Under the pieces are notes generated by a model, which was not told the DNA's origin, made no database searches, and saw only the letters and a program-made list of their open reading frames with translations. This document shows positions 9,747-21,024 of a DNA stretch of 64,000 nucleotides, in pieces (within the stretch, counting starts at the first letter, position 1; every line of letters starts with the position of its first letter). Source of the DNA: Limnothrix sp. BL-A-16 (lineage in GTDB: Bacteria > Cyanobacteriota > Cyanobacteriia > CACIAM-69d); the NCBI GenBank assembly GCA_041937175.2, contig CP166615.1, positions 2,400,001 to 2,464,000 on the forward strand, written 5' to 3'. A program made the translations under genes and the position numbers.

Positions 9747-10136
9747 TCAAGCAAGGGTTGCAGGGCAGTAACCCAAACCAGCAATAAATTGCTTGCAGAA
9801 TTCCTCTATTTCTTCCTTGTCCGGGCGACCGTGGGAAATGACGGCTACCTGATGACGTTCCATGACGGAAATAGGAGATTGACCCAATTCAAGACTCCAG
9901 AGCACAACTTTGAGCTGCGGCGAGGGCAAGTAAGGCGAGCCTAATTCTTGCAAAAAGGCTTGTAAATCGAGATGAGCTTTGGAAATGAGCGGCGAAAACA
10001 ACTTGAGACGCAAAATCCATCCGTCAATCTGATGGAGAACGGTGACAAATTGCAGGGAGGAGCGCCAGGAGGTGCTGACATGCTCGATCGCTCGGAGCGT
10101 TAGACTGGCGTTGGCGAAGCGGTAGAGGTATTCCAT
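9747..10136 (-). CDS. Hypothetical protein, probably a conserved cyanobacterial family
   Basis: MEYLYRFANASLTLR...HQIDGW...VAVISHGRP...LGYCPATLA; only long ORF in the interval. Confidence 0.75.
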   Translation of the reverse strand: MEYLYRFANASLTLRAIEHVSTSWRSSLQFVTVLHQIDGWILRLKLFSPLISKAHLDLQAFLQELGSPYLPSPQLKVVLWSLELGQSPISVMERHQVAVISHGRPDKEEIEEFCKQFIAGLGYCPATLA

Positions 10137-10247
10137 GGCCCGAGCTTGGATTTCCAAGCGATCGATACATTTAATATTCTCTCAAGATTTACGTTTCTTG
10201 ACTTAAAATCTTAAGCGATTCTTACAAAACGTGACTATTCCCTTTTT

Positions 10248-11393
10248 ATGGGATACATCAACGACCTAGATCGATCGCTGGATGGCTATCACTACGAGCT
10301 ACCCAATGATCGAATTGCCCAAAATCCGCGAGAACCCCGCGATCGATCGCGATTGCTGGTGGCCACCTCGCCCCACGAGATTGTGCACCAACAGTTTTGC
10401 GATTTGCCGGAATTCTTAAGACCCGGCGATCTGTTGGTGATGAATGATTCTTCTGTGATTCCAGCTCGGCTCCATGGCCACAAGGCCAGTGGGGCGGCGG
10501 TGGAAGTGCTGTTGCTGGAAGCGCGATCGCCCGATCGCTGGCTGGCCCTGGTGCGGCCCGGCAAGCGACTGCTGGTGGGAACTCAAATTGAATTTGACCC
10601 ACCGCCTGGCGCGGCGCAGACAAACCCGGCAGCCCCCAAGCTATCTGCTGAAGTGGTGGCCGTTGACCGGAACACGGGGGGCCGCCTACTGCGATTTCAG
10701 TTGCCGCCAGGGGTCAACTCCCTGCTAGAAATTCTGGATGCTTGGGGCGAAATGCCGCTGCCGCCCTACATTACCGATTCAGCGGCCCCACCCGATCGCT
10801 ACCAAACGGTTTATGCTCGCGATCCCGGCTCGGCGGCGGCTCCCACGGCCGGCCTGCACTTCACCCCGGAATTACTCGATCGCCTGAGTGCCGCTGGTGT
10901 GGGGCGGGCTTTCGTGACGCTGCATGTGGGCGTGGGAACGTTTCGGCCCGTGGCCAGCCCAGACATCACCGCCCACAAAATGCATGAGGAATGGGCCCTG
11001 CTGTCGGAGGAGGTGGCCGAAAAAATTCGGACGACTCGGGCCAATGGCGGTCGGGTGTTTGCGGTGGGCACAACGGCGGTGCGAACCCTGGAGTCCGCCG
11101 CCCGCCATGGCCAAGTGGAAGCGTTTTGCGGCAAAACAGATCTGTTTATTTATCCCGGCTATCAATGGCGGGTGGTGGATGGTCTGATCACCAATTTCCA
11201 CTTACCCCGATCAAGCTTGATGATGCTGGTGGGGGCTTTCGTGGGGCGGGCCCGTCTCTTGGAGCTATACCAGGCCGCCTTGGATGCGCCAGCGGATCCC
11301 TACCCCGATCGCTACCGGTTCTATTCCTTTGGAGATGCAATGTTGCTGCTGCCGGATGCTTGCATCGCCCCCCGTTTCGAGAGAAAGGAATAA
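10248..11393 (+). CDS. queA: S-adenosylmethionine:tRNA ribosyltransferase-isomerase
   Basis: YELPNDRIAQ, PLPPYI, YQTVYA, AAPTAGLHF, TNFHLPRSSL, YSFGDAM. Confidence 0.97.
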   Translation: MGYINDLDRSLDGYHYELPNDRIAQNPREPRDRSRLLVATSPHEIVHQQFCDLPEFLRPGDLLVMNDSSVIPARLHGHKASGAAVEVLLLEARSPDRWLALVRPGKRLLVGTQIEFDPPPGAAQTNPAAPKLSAEVVAVDRNTGGRLLRFQLPPGVNSLLEILDAWGEMPLPPYITDSAAPPDRYQTVYARDPGSAAAPTAGLHFTPELLDRLSAAGVGRAFVTLHVGVGTFRPVASPDITAHKMHEEWALLSEEVAEKIRTTRANGGRVFAVGTTAVRTLESAARHGQVEAFCGKTDLFIYPGYQWRVVDGLITNFHLPRSSLMMLVGAFVGRARLLELYQAALDAPADPYPDRYRFYSFGDAMLLLPDACIAPRFERKE

Positions 11394-11878
11394 TCAGCGG
11401 TAGACTGGTGGCAAGACCAGTCCAGATTCGGCAGCCATCTCCTCATTCCATTCCAATCTCTGCCTGAGCCGGTTTTTCTCCAACGCCCTGTCAATTCGTT
11501 TGTTTTCCCATTCCTTGTAAACCTAGGGATTCCCGGCCAAAATCTCCTTCCAAATCCCTAGGCACATCGAAATCTCAGGCCCAAATCTTCAGGAAAGTGG
11601 GTTGCAAATCCATCAGGATTCGCCTCCGTACTCCTTGGAAAGATCCAGAGAATCCAGCGCATAACTTACCGGATCGCCACTGATCGCCACACACCATGCC
11701 ATCGCTTCTTTTAAATAGCCTGCCTGCAACTGAGAGGAGGGTTTCAACGGCCCGGGCGATCGCCCAACTCAGGGATAGACGGCTGGTACAAAACGTAATA
11801 GAATCCAGCTCGACTGTCACCGGTACAGTCATTTTTGGCGAAGCAACTTCAGTTCCTGACCTTGTGGGGGCTTAAAAC

Positions 11879-12919
11879 GTGGGTCTTTTTAATGGCTTCT
11901 CCTTGTCTCGGGATATGGGCATCGACCTCGGGACGGCCAATACCTTGGTGTATGTGTCCGGCAAGGGCATCGTGCTCCAAGAGCCGTCCGTCGTGGCGAT
12001 CGATCAAGACAAGCGAGTCCCCCTAGCGGTTGGCGAAGATGCCAAAAAGATGTTGGGTCGAACGCCCGGCAACGTCATGGCCCTGCGGCCCCTGCGTGAC
12101 GGGGTAATCGCCGACTTCGACACAGCGGAGTTGATGCTGAAGCACTTCATTCGGCGCGTCAACGAAGGCAAAGCCCTGGTGCCGCCCCGGATCGTGATCG
12201 GAATTCCGAGCGGCGTGACCGGCGTGGAGCGGCGAGCCGTCATGGAAGCGGCACATCAAGCCGGAGCCAGAGACGTTTACTTGATTGATGAACCGGTCGC
12301 AGCGGCGATCGGGGCCGGTCTGCCCGTGGCGGAACCCACCGGCAACATGATCGTAGACATCGGCGGCGGCACAACTGAAGTTGCCGTTCTCAGCTTGCAG
12401 GGGACGGTGTTGAGCGAATCCGTGCGCGTGGCGGGCGATGAACTCAGCGAATCCATCACCCAATACATGAAAAAAGTCCACAACCTCGTCATTGGGGAGC
12501 GGACGGCGGAAGAAGTCAAAATCCAAATTGGCTCTGCCTACCCCAGCAACGAAGATGACGTGGTGTTGGAAGTGCGCGGACTGCACCTCCTGTCCGGTCT
12601 ACCTTGCACCGTTGCCGTCAAACAGGGCGAAGTGCGCGAAAGCATGTCGGAGCCGCTGTCGGTGATTGTGGAAGCCGTGAAGCGGACTTTGGAACGAACC
12701 CCGCCCGAGTTGGCCTCAGACATCATCGATCGGGGGATTATGCTAGCGGGCGGCGGCGCGCTGCTCAAGGGCCTAGACACCCTGATCAGCCATGAAACGG
12801 GCATTGTGGTTCACGTGGCTCCCGATCCCCTGAGCTGCGTGGTGCTGGGTACCGGTCGTGTTCTCGAAAACTTCAAACAATTAGAGCGGGTCTTTAGTGG
12901 CAGCTCGCGTAATCTCTAA
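11879..12919 (+). CDS. mreB: Rod shape-determining protein MreB
   Basis: MGIDLGTANTLVY, DIGGGTTEVA, LAGGGALL. Confidence 0.98.
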   Translation: MGLFNGFSLSRDMGIDLGTANTLVYVSGKGIVLQEPSVVAIDQDKRVPLAVGEDAKKMLGRTPGNVMALRPLRDGVIADFDTAELMLKHFIRRVNEGKALVPPRIVIGIPSGVTGVERRAVMEAAHQAGARDVYLIDEPVAAAIGAGLPVAEPTGNMIVDIGGGTTEVAVLSLQGTVLSESVRVAGDELSESITQYMKKVHNLVIGERTAEEVKIQIGSAYPSNEDDVVLEVRGLHLLSGLPCTVAVKQGEVRESMSEPLSVIVEAVKRTLERTPPELASDIIDRGIMLAGGGALLKGLDTLISHETGIVVHVAPDPLSCVVLGTGRVLENFKQLERVFSGSSRNL

Positions 12920-13319
12920 GACCGACTGAAGCACCTGACCTCCGCTAAGGTGGAGGCGCAGTTCAAGCCTGCGTTGCATTGCTTGCCTCTGCGTTGCATC
13001 GTTGTTTGAGTTCGGTTTGCATTCAGCCTGAGCCTGCACTGTTCCGCTTTCATGGTTCAGTCTGCACTGCTCAGCCTGCACTGCACCGATCTTGGCTGAC
13101 CCCGATTCACCGTTTCCTTAACCGGTATCGATTGGCCCTTACCAACCACCGTTCGTCATGGCCAATCACGGGTCGCCCATCTTGGTTAGACGGGAGTAGC
13201 CCGGAATGCATCACCGCAAGTCCTGGAGCCAACCCGCCAACAAACCCCCTAGTTTCAGGATTAATCAGCAACTTTCGTGGGCAAGCAAGCCACTCAATTT
13301 CTAGAACGGAGCGCTGGTC

Positions 13320-14189
13320 GTGTATGACGTTCGACGATGGTGGGGGCGCAATTGGCTAAAGGCAGTCCTAGCCGTCGCTGCACTGGGCTTAGCCCTTGGT
13401 GTGCGACAGAGCCGGGCCGGTTTTTTGGTGGAAGCCTACCGGGCCTTGACGTTGCCCCTACACCTGGGAGCACCTTCTCAAAGTGACCTCGCGGATGCCC
13501 GAGTCCGTGAACTTCAGCAGCGGCTTGAGGAGGTGGAGAGCCGCAATGCTCAGTTGCAAACCCTGCTGAATTACCGTAAAACCCTGCCCGTGGAGGGCAT
13601 TGCATCGCCCGTCATTGGCCGCAGTGCCGATCGCTGGTGGCAACAAATCACCTTGGGCCGCGGCACAGCCGATGGCATTCAACAGGGGGCGATCGTGATG
13701 GCTCCTGGGGGCGTGGTGGGCCGGGTCACGGCGGTGACTCCCCACACCAGCCGGGTGCTGTTGGTTAGCGATCCCGGCAGCCGCATTGGCATCTCGGTGA
13801 CCCGATCGCGCTATATGGGTTATCTCCGGGGCAAGAGCGATCGCACGGCCACGGTGGAATTTTTTGACAAGTTGCCCGATGTGAAGCCAGGCGACGCGAT
13901 CGTCACCTCTGCCTACAGTCAATTCTTCCCGGCGGGCTTGCCGATCGGGCGCATCGTCGCGATCGACACCAAGAAATCCCTCGCCCCGGAAGCGGTGGTG
14001 GAGCTATCCGCTCCCCTGAGCACGTTGGAATGGGTGACAGTCTTGCCCCATAGCCCAGAACTCTTTCAGCAGTTCCAGGAACCCGCCCCCGTAACGCCTA
14101 GCGGATCGGGAAACCCCAAGGCTAACCCCAATTCTGGAACCAACCCAGCACCCAAGCCCCCCGCAACACCCCGCGCAGCCACGAACTAA
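13320..14189 (+). CDS. mreC: Rod shape-determining protein MreC
   Basis: TM plus coiled coil, VIGRS..WWQQITLGRG, FPAGLPIG; follows mreB. Confidence 0.93.
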   Translation: MYDVRRWWGRNWLKAVLAVAALGLALGVRQSRAGFLVEAYRALTLPLHLGAPSQSDLADARVRELQQRLEEVESRNAQLQTLLNYRKTLPVEGIASPVIGRSADRWWQQITLGRGTADGIQQGAIVMAPGGVVGRVTAVTPHTSRVLLVSDPGSRIGISVTRSRYMGYLRGKSDRTATVEFFDKLPDVKPGDAIVTSAYSQFFPAGLPIGRIVAIDTKKSLAPEAVVELSAPLSTLEWVTVLPHSPELFQQFQEPAPVTPSGSGNPKANPNSGTNPAPKPPATPRAATN

Positions 14190-14243
14190 CCCACCCTTGA
14201 TTAGCCCACCATTGATTCGATCGGCATAGTTGCCGTCTAGGCC

Positions 14244-14816
14244 TTGAACGGAATCAAGCAAAAACCCCAACTACGCGATATTCTCGATCGCTATCCTGTG
14301 CTGGTGCAGGTGGCGATTAACGTTGCCGTTTCAGCCGGCTCATTGTTGCTTTGCGCCACCCTCACGCCGCTGCGGTTACCGGGTCTGGAACTGCTGGGGG
14401 TGGGCGTTGACTGGCCCCTAATTTGGGTTGTGAGCTGGAGTGTCGGTCGTCCCTGGTGGGTGGCCATCTTTGGCGGTGTGGTGGCGGGCCTGCTTCAGGA
14501 TGGGATGACGGAGTTTTGGCCCAGCCATGTTTGGGGGCTGGCTCTGGTGGCGCTGCTAACGGCCCGCATCCACCAACGCGCCAACACCACAGCCTGGGTG
14601 ATGATTCCCCTAACCACTTTTGTTTTGGTGGCAGTTTCAGAAACGACGATGGCGGCCCAATTTGCCTATCTCTACGGTCGCGATGCGGGTGATGTGTGGG
14701 CGCTTCATCAAAAGGTCACCCTTTGTTCGGCCATTCTTAGCAGTCTGTGGTCTCCGGTGGTGTCCTGGCCCCTGGGGCGTTGGTGGCGGATGATGGAATC
14801 CTTGGGCAATCGTTAA
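14244..14816 (+). CDS. mreD: Rod shape-determining protein MreD
   Basis: Hydrophobic; DWPLIWVVSWS, GLLQDGMT; follows mreC. Confidence 0.88.
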   Translation: MNGIKQKPQLRDILDRYPVLVQVAINVAVSAGSLLLCATLTPLRLPGLELLGVGVDWPLIWVVSWSVGRPWWVAIFGGVVAGLLQDGMTEFWPSHVWGLALVALLTARIHQRANTTAWVMIPLTTFVLVAVSETTMAAQFAYLYGRDAGDVWALHQKVTLCSAILSSLWSPVVSWPLGRWWRMMESLGNR

Positions 14817-14920
14817 AACCCCAACCTTCTCCCTGAGAATTTCCCCTTCTTTAAGCACCCCCGCTTCAAGCAACCCTTCTACAATCAATCCTAGAAAGCA
14901 ATCAACCATAGATCCCGGTC

Positions 14921-15874
14921 TTGCCCCTGCCTGTGTTTATCAGCGTCATCATTCCAACTTATAACCGCTTGCCCATCCTCCAAAAGTGCCTGCTGGCCAT
15001 GGAGGATCAGCGGTGGCATGGCCCCAACCTGATCGAGGGCTATGAAATCGTGGTGGTGGATGATGGCTCGACGGATGGCACAGTGGCTTGGCTGTCGGAG
15101 TCGCGCGATCGCCTGCCCCATGTGCGCTTAATCGAGCAGGATCATGGCGGCCCCGCTGCGGCCCGGAATCGCGGCTTGCGGGCGGCCAAAGGAGATACGA
15201 TCGTCTTCATTGACAGCGATTTGGTGGTGCTGGAGGATTTTTTGCAGTGCCATGCCCAAGCGCTGACGGCGGCTCAGACCCGATCGGGTAGTGATGCCTA
15301 TTTCACCTACGGGCGGGTGGTGAACACTTGCAACTTTGACGATCCCACCGCTGAACCCTTCAAGATCACGGATCTTTCCCGTGCGTTTTTTGCGACGGGA
15401 AATGTGGCGATCGCGAAACATTGGCTCGATCGCGCGGGGGCCTTTGATGAGCGCTTTACCCTCTATGGCTGGGAAGATTTGGAATTGGGGGTGCGGCTGA
15501 AGGCCTTGGGCCTGCGCCTCATTCCCTGTCCGGAAGCCGTGGGCTATCACTGGCATCCTCCCTTCAGCCTCGATGAGATCCCGGGGCTGATTCGGCGGGA
15601 AATGGAACGGGGCCGAATGGGCATTGAGTTCTATCGCAAGCACCCCACCTGGAATGTGCGCTTGATGATTCAAATGACCTGGCTGCATGTGGCCCTGTGG
15701 GGGTTGCTGTCCTTGGGCGGCCACTTAAACGAGCGCACGCTGCGTCCCCTCTTGCAGTGGTTGATCGATCGGGGTCGGCCGCAACTGGCTCTGGAGGTGG
15801 CTCGGGTTTTCCTGAACTGGTACAACGTGCAGGCGGTTTATCGGGCCCGATCGGGCGTGGAAGTTGCCCCCTAA
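14921..15874 (+). CDS. Glycosyltransferase family 2
   Basis: SVIIPTYNR, VVDDGSTDGT, FIDSD, YGWEDLELG. Confidence 0.93.
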   Translation: MPLPVFISVIIPTYNRLPILQKCLLAMEDQRWHGPNLIEGYEIVVVDDGSTDGTVAWLSESRDRLPHVRLIEQDHGGPAAARNRGLRAAKGDTIVFIDSDLVVLEDFLQCHAQALTAAQTRSGSDAYFTYGRVVNTCNFDDPTAEPFKITDLSRAFFATGNVAIAKHWLDRAGAFDERFTLYGWEDLELGVRLKALGLRLIPCPEAVGYHWHPPFSLDEIPGLIRREMERGRMGIEFYRKHPTWNVRLMIQMTWLHVALWGLLSLGGHLNERTLRPLLQWLIDRGRPQLALEVARVFLNWYNVQAVYRARSGVEVAP

Positions 15875-16033
15875 CGCCAGAAATTGCCAAGCGGCAAAAC
15901 CGCAGCGACCAGGGAAATTCGTCTGGAATTCGCCATTTTTTTGGAGTCGGTCTGGATCCGCAAGATCCGCGATCGCCCATATCATAGGAAACGCCCCGTT
16001 GAAACCACCCCTTGGGTCAGCTTTCGTCGCGCC

Positions 16034-17122
16034 ATGAGCAACGCCACCCTCCATTCCAAAGTCGCCGTCGGTTTGTCCGGTGGAGTCGATAGTTCAACCA
16101 CGGCCGTGTTGCTGAAAGAGCAGGGGTTTGAAGTCCTGGGTGTCACCCTTTGGTTGATGCGCGGCAAGGGCCAATGCTGCTCGGAAGGCATGGTGGACGC
16201 GGCCCAACTCTGCGAAAAATTGGGCATTACCCACCATGTGGTGGATATTCGCGACACCTTTGAAAGCTACATCATTGATTATTTGGTGGATGGCTACCAA
16301 AGCGGCACCACGCCGCTACCCTGTTCCCAATGCAACAAGGCGGTGAAGTTTGGCCCCATGTTGCGTTACGCCCGTGAGGAGTTGGGAGCCGATCGCATTG
16401 CCACCGGTCACTATGCCCGCACGGCCTACGACCCGGATCAAGGGCGTTATCAATTGCTGCGGGCGCTCGATCGCAACAAGGATCAATCCTATTTCCTCTA
16501 CGACCTGGATCAGGATGTGTTGGGCGCGGTACTTTTTCCCCTGGGGGAATATGACAAGGCCCAAACCCGAGAATTTGCCCGCAAGTTTGGGCTGCATGTG
16601 GCCGACAAGCCCGAAAGCCAAGACCTGTGCCTGATTGAGGCCCATGGTTCCATGCAGGCTTTCCTTGACAAATACATCACCCCCAAGGCGGGCGAGATTG
16701 TGGATCTCGATGGCAAGGTGTTGGGCCAACACGAAGGCATTCATCACTACACGATCGGGCAGCGCAAGGGCATTGGCGTTTCAGCGCCGGAACCGCTTTA
16801 CGTGGTGGCGCTGGATGCGGTGCGCAATCGAGTGGTGGTGGCCACGCGCGATCGGGCCACCCGCCCCAGTTGCACCGTCAGCCGGGTGAATTGGGTGTCG
16901 ATCGCCCCGCCCAGCACCCCCATTCACGCGGAGGTGCAAATTCGCTACCGATCGCCCGCCGTGCCGGTCACGATCGTGCCCTTAGAGGGGGGCGATCGGG
17001 TAAAGCTGGTCTTTGATGAGCCACAATTCAGCGTCACACCGGGTCAAGCGGCCGTTTGGTATCGGGGTGAAGTGTTGCTCGGCGGCGGGATCATCGATCG
17101 CTTCGAGGACGCAGCCAGCTAA
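16034..17122 (+). CDS. mnmA: tRNA 2-thiouridylase MnmA
   Basis: SGGVDS, ATGHYA, KDQSYFL, ESQDLC, TPGQAAV; ATG at 16034 preferred. Confidence 0.96.
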   Translation: MSNATLHSKVAVGLSGGVDSSTTAVLLKEQGFEVLGVTLWLMRGKGQCCSEGMVDAAQLCEKLGITHHVVDIRDTFESYIIDYLVDGYQSGTTPLPCSQCNKAVKFGPMLRYAREELGADRIATGHYARTAYDPDQGRYQLLRALDRNKDQSYFLYDLDQDVLGAVLFPLGEYDKAQTREFARKFGLHVADKPESQDLCLIEAHGSMQAFLDKYITPKAGEIVDLDGKVLGQHEGIHHYTIGQRKGIGVSAPEPLYVVALDAVRNRVVVATRDRATRPSCTVSRVNWVSIAPPSTPIHAEVQIRYRSPAVPVTIVPLEGGDRVKLVFDEPQFSVTPGQAAVWYRGEVLLGGGIIDRFEDAAS

Positions 17123-17290
17123 AGCGCCGGTTAAGCAAGCTTAAGGCTGACTTCAAGCTCAGGCTAACCGCCAGCTAAGAACGGCTGATGGATGTGTTCC
17201 AGGATTCCATCTCGCCATTGGTGTCGATCGTCCAAGGCCAGGCGTTAGGATAGCAGGAGTCGCCGTTCCCGATCGAGCCTGATCAGAGCC

Positions 17291-17785
17291 ATGTTGTCCG
17301 TGCCGTCTCCCCTTGCCAAAGCCGCGCCCCTGGCCGACTCACGCGACTCCTTCGCCATTACCTTTGCGCCCCTTTCGCTGGACGCGGTATATCGCTTGGC
17401 CGATGACCCGGCCAACGGCGCAATCGTGGTGATGAACGGTACTGTGCGCCAGGAAACAGACGGCAAACCCGTGGTGGCTCTGGACTATCAAGCCTACGAA
17501 CCCATGGCGATCGTCATCTTTCAGCAAATTGCCGCCCAGATTCGCCAGCGCTGGCCCGTGGTGAATCGGGTGGTGATTCACCATCGGATTGGCAAGCTAA
17601 AAATTGGCGAAATCAGCGTGCTGGTGGCGATCGGGTCTCCCCATCGATCGGAAGCCTTCGAGGCCTGCCGCTACGCGATCGACCAACTGAAGCACAACGC
17701 CCCCATTTGGAAAAAAGAATTTTGGGCCGATGGTTCCAGCAACTGGATCAGCATCGGCGCTTGCGAACAAACCGGCGACTGTTAG
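17291..17785 (+). CDS. moaE: Molybdopterin synthase catalytic subunit
   Basis: HHRIGKL, SPHRSEAFEAC, APIWKKE. Confidence 0.95.
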   Translation: MLSVPSPLAKAAPLADSRDSFAITFAPLSLDAVYRLADDPANGAIVVMNGTVRQETDGKPVVALDYQAYEPMAIVIFQQIAAQIRQRWPVVNRVVIHHRIGKLKIGEISVLVAIGSPHRSEAFEACRYAIDQLKHNAPIWKKEFWADGSSNWISIGACEQTGDC

Positions 17786-17855
17786 GCCACTGCTAGGCGA
17801 CTGTGAATCGATGATTGGCCGAGCATTGGTCGATGATTGGTCTGTCTTTTGTGGG

Positions 17856-19169
17856 CTACCGCAATTGCAGAATTTTGATGGTGACGGCCATGCTCTCTTC
17901 ATACAGCACCTCCCGGCCCCAACGCTGAAGCTGTTGTGCCATCAGCAATTCTGCCTTTTGGTCGGGCAAAGCCGTCACCTGTTCAGTGCGGGCCGATTGG
18001 GCACTGCCCCCCGCCTCCATCCGCATACAGCCCGTCATTTCTGAGCAAAGAATCGTGGCACAGTCCGCATTGGGATTGGTGGAAGCCAAACGCAGCCCAA
18101 TCAAATCCCCCGGAATTTCACCCACATCGGCTGTGGGAATGGCGGCCAATTCCGCCTGGATCGATCGCCCGTCACCGCGTTCAAAATCCACATATACCAA
18201 GTCATAGTCGCCGCCCGTGGCCCGATAGGCGATCGGCTCCCACCCCAGGCGGCTCGCAAACCACCCAAGGAACATCAACGCTTGGGCCGCGCTGCCTTTT
18301 TCGTAATCGATCGAGATTCGATCGACCTCTCCCAGCCACATTCGCCGCTCCGGCGGATCAAACGAAGCCGCCGTCAGCTCCTGCCACAGGGACAACCGGT
18401 GCCAATTCAAATCAGCAATGTAGGTTTCCTGGTCAATCAGCGACTGAATTTTCAAAAATTCCGCCTCGGGATCGCTGAAGTAAGACGAATCCAAAATCAG
18501 GCAATTGGCCGCTTCCGACAGCATTTGGAACAGGCCCTGTTCAGGATTGGGCGTGGCCTTCCACCAGGCAAACTTCGGCAAATCAGGAATCAACAACGAC
18601 ACCACCAAATCGGCAACCCGCTCCAGGGCCTCCTTGGTTCCGCGCAGCGTGATGTATTCGCAGCAAACCAGATTCCGGCTCTTGCTCTTTTGCACGGGGC
18701 AATAGGCGGACACTTGGGCAGTTACCCCTTCATCGGGCCCCAGGGTGGGACAAAGGGCAATGATCCGAGAAGGATTTTGCGCCGCGATCGCATCGCTGAC
18801 GGTGGCCCCGCGCAAATCTAAATTGGGGGAGCGCGTTTGCCCAAAGCTCACGTGGTCTTCGCGCAGGGCCCGCAGGGTATCCATGTCCACGCGCCCGGTC
18901 GTCCGAAATCCGTAGGCTGACTGGGCCAGCTTGATGGCATTGCGGGTGTCGGGGCCATGCAACCCATCGATCGCCCCCTTATAAAACCCCAGGGAACCCA
19001 ACAATTGCTGAAACTCCTCCGGCTCATAGGCCACCATGCAGAACGTGGCAGCTCTTGTGGCGATCGCCGCATCGCCGGATCCCTGACTCAGCCAAATCTT
19101 GTTTAACTCTGCCTCAATTTCCCCGAGCGAAATATCCTTGGGGGTTTGGAGTGTAATCGTTGTGGTCAT
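17856..19169 (-). CDS. opcA: G6PDH assembly/activator protein OpcA
   Basis: QVSAYCP, VCCEYITL, ADLNWHRL; directly downstream of zwf. Confidence 0.95.
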   Translation of the reverse strand: MTTTITLQTPKDISLGEIEAELNKIWLSQGSGDAAIATRAATFCMVAYEPEEFQQLLGSLGFYKGAIDGLHGPDTRNAIKLAQSAYGFRTTGRVDMDTLRALREDHVSFGQTRSPNLDLRGATVSDAIAAQNPSRIIALCPTLGPDEGVTAQVSAYCPVQKSKSRNLVCCEYITLRGTKEALERVADLVVSLLIPDLPKFAWWKATPNPEQGLFQMLSEAANCLILDSSYFSDPEAEFLKIQSLIDQETYIADLNWHRLSLWQELTAASFDPPERRMWLGEVDRISIDYEKGSAAQALMFLGWFASRLGWEPIAYRATGGDYDLVYVDFERGDGRSIQAELAAIPTADVGEIPGDLIGLRLASTNPNADCATILCSEMTGCMRMEAGGSAQSARTEQVTALPDQKAELLMAQQLQRWGREVLYEESMAVTIKILQLR

Positions 19170-19306
19170 GGTTTGCCTGCTGAGGGATCTGATTGAAAGA
19201 TCTGGTTGAGGAATTTGCTTAAGAGCGCTGAACGACCTACGGTTCAGCGCCTGATTTCCGAATTGCCGAGTTGCAACACCTGATTGCTCGTCACCTTGTG
19301 TTCGGC

Positions 19307-20836
19307 CTAGAGTCGTCGCCAGTGCCGACCATCACGCTCTAGCAACAACTCCGCCTCTACCGGTTCCCAAGTCCCCGCTTCATAGAGCGGAATCGCCTCC
19401 GGCGGCGCAGGCGCATCCCACAACCCCAAAACCGGCGTGAGGGCCCGCCAAGAAGCCTCCACCTCGTCATCGCGCGTAAACAGGGACTGATCACCCAACA
19501 TACAGTCCATCAGCAGACGACCGTAGGCCTCGCCTTGGGATTGGCCAAAGGCACTTTCATAGCGGAAATCCATATCGACCGATCGAGTCTTCAAGGATGC
19601 GCCCGGCATTTTCACCTCAAAGCGCATCGAGATCCCTTCATTCGGCTGAATCCGCATGGCCAAAACATTGGGGTTCGTTTGGCGCGCCGCCGACGGAAAC
19701 ATCAACAGCGGCACTTCCTTGAATTGAATCGCCACTTCGGTCACCTTTTTCGGCATCCGCTTGCCCGTGCGCAGATAGAAGGGCACCCCTTTCCAGCGCC
19801 AGTTATCAATACACAGTTTCAGGGCCGCATAGGTGGGCGTGGTGGAAGTGGGGCTGGCCCCGTCCTCTTCGCGGTAGCCCGGAACCGGTTTGCCTCGCAT
19901 CCAACCGCGACTATATTGGCCCCGAACAGCGCAGAGATCCAGATTTTGCAAGTCTGCGAGCCGGGTTGCTTGCAGCACTTTCACCTTTTCGTTGCGAATG
20001 CTGTCGGCATCAAGGGAGTTGGGCGGCTCCATGGCCGTGAGGCAAAACAGTTGCATCAGGTGGTTTTGCACCATGTCCCGCAGGGCCCCGGAGGTTTCGT
20101 AGTAACCGGCGCGCCCTTCTAGCCCGACGGTTTCCGCCACGGTGATTTGCACACAGTCCACAAACTGCCGGTTCCAGAGGGGTTCAAAAATGGCGTTGGC
20201 AAACCGAAACACCAACAGGTTTTGAACGGTTTCTTTGCCGAGGTAGTGGTCAATCCGATAGACCTGTTTTTCGGAACAGACGGCCTGCACGACGCGGTTG
20301 AGCTGTTGGGCGGTGGCCAAGTCGCGACCGAAGGGTTTTTCAATCACAAGGCGTTGTTTGTCGGGATCGGCGAGCATCCCGGCCGATCCCAGTTGCTGGA
20401 TCGCTTCCCCAAAAAATTTGGGAGCCACGGACAGGTAAAAAACCCGGTTGCCCCGAGTGCCTCGGAGTTCGTCCAGCTCTGCCAGGAAGGTTTTGAGTTT
20501 TTGATAGTCTTCGGGTACGTCAATGTTGGCGGGCCAATAGAACAGGCCTTTAGCAAAGTCTTCCCAAAGGTCGTCGCTTTGGGTCCCGCCGCCAAATTCT
20601 TCGATGCCTTCGCGCAGGTGTTCGCGGAAGAAGTCGTGACTCCATTCCCGACGGGCCACACCGACGATGGTGAGTTCGGGGGGCAGTCGCCGCTCTAGTT
20701 TCATTTGGTAGAGGGCGGGCACCAGTTTGCGCTGGGTGAGGTCACCGGAGGCCCCAAAGATAATCAGGATTTGGGGTTCGGGGATGCGTTCTTGCTGAAG
20801 ACCAACGCGCAGGGGATTTTCTTGGAAGGTCAGCAT
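19307..20836 (-). CDS. zwf: Glucose-6-phosphate dehydrogenase
   Basis: [20 protein letters not shown]. Confidence 0.98.
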   Translation of the reverse strand: MLTFQENPLRVGLQQERIPEPQILIIFGASGDLTQRKLVPALYQMKLERRLPPELTIVGVARREWSHDFFREHLREGIEEFGGGTQSDDLWEDFAKGLFYWPANIDVPEDYQKLKTFLAELDELRGTRGNRVFYLSVAPKFFGEAIQQLGSAGMLADPDKQRLVIEKPFGRDLATAQQLNRVVQAVCSEKQVYRIDHYLGKETVQNLLVFRFANAIFEPLWNRQFVDCVQITVAETVGLEGRAGYYETSGALRDMVQNHLMQLFCLTAMEPPNSLDADSIRNEKVKVLQATRLADLQNLDLCAVRGQYSRGWMRGKPVPGYREEDGASPTSTTPTYAALKLCIDNWRWKGVPFYLRTGKRMPKKVTEVAIQFKEVPLLMFPSAARQTNPNVLAMRIQPNEGISMRFEVKMPGASLKTRSVDMDFRYESAFGQSQGEAYGRLLMDCMLGDQSLFTRDDEVEASWRALTPVLGLWDAPAPPEAIPLYEAGTWEPVEAELLLERDGRHWRRL

Positions 20837-20861
20837 TGGGGAAATGGGATCTGAAAGGGGC

Positions 20862-20913
20862 GATCGAGGCTGAAGATCGAGGCTGAAGATCGAGGCTAAA
20901 GATCGAGGCTGAA
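20862..20913. repeat. Tandem repeat, 13 bp x4 (GATCGAGGCTGAA)
   Basis: Read directly; one variant unit. Confidence 0.9.
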
Positions 20914-21024
20914 TCAGGAAGGGGGTTGGGCAGGGAAATCGATGATCACGGGCAGCGGAGGGAAGGCCGAGGGTCGATCGCCCAGTTGGGGTCTTGAAGG
21001 GCTGCTGATCTCGATCGTCAGGGG

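Noticed and set aside
12979..13359. ORF in the mreB-mreC spacer
   Set aside because: No protein-like features, a TTG start, and overlap with mreC; treated as non-coding.
18880..19010. Peptidoglycan-binding-like segment inside OpcA
   Set aside because: A normal feature of many cyanobacterial OpcA proteins.
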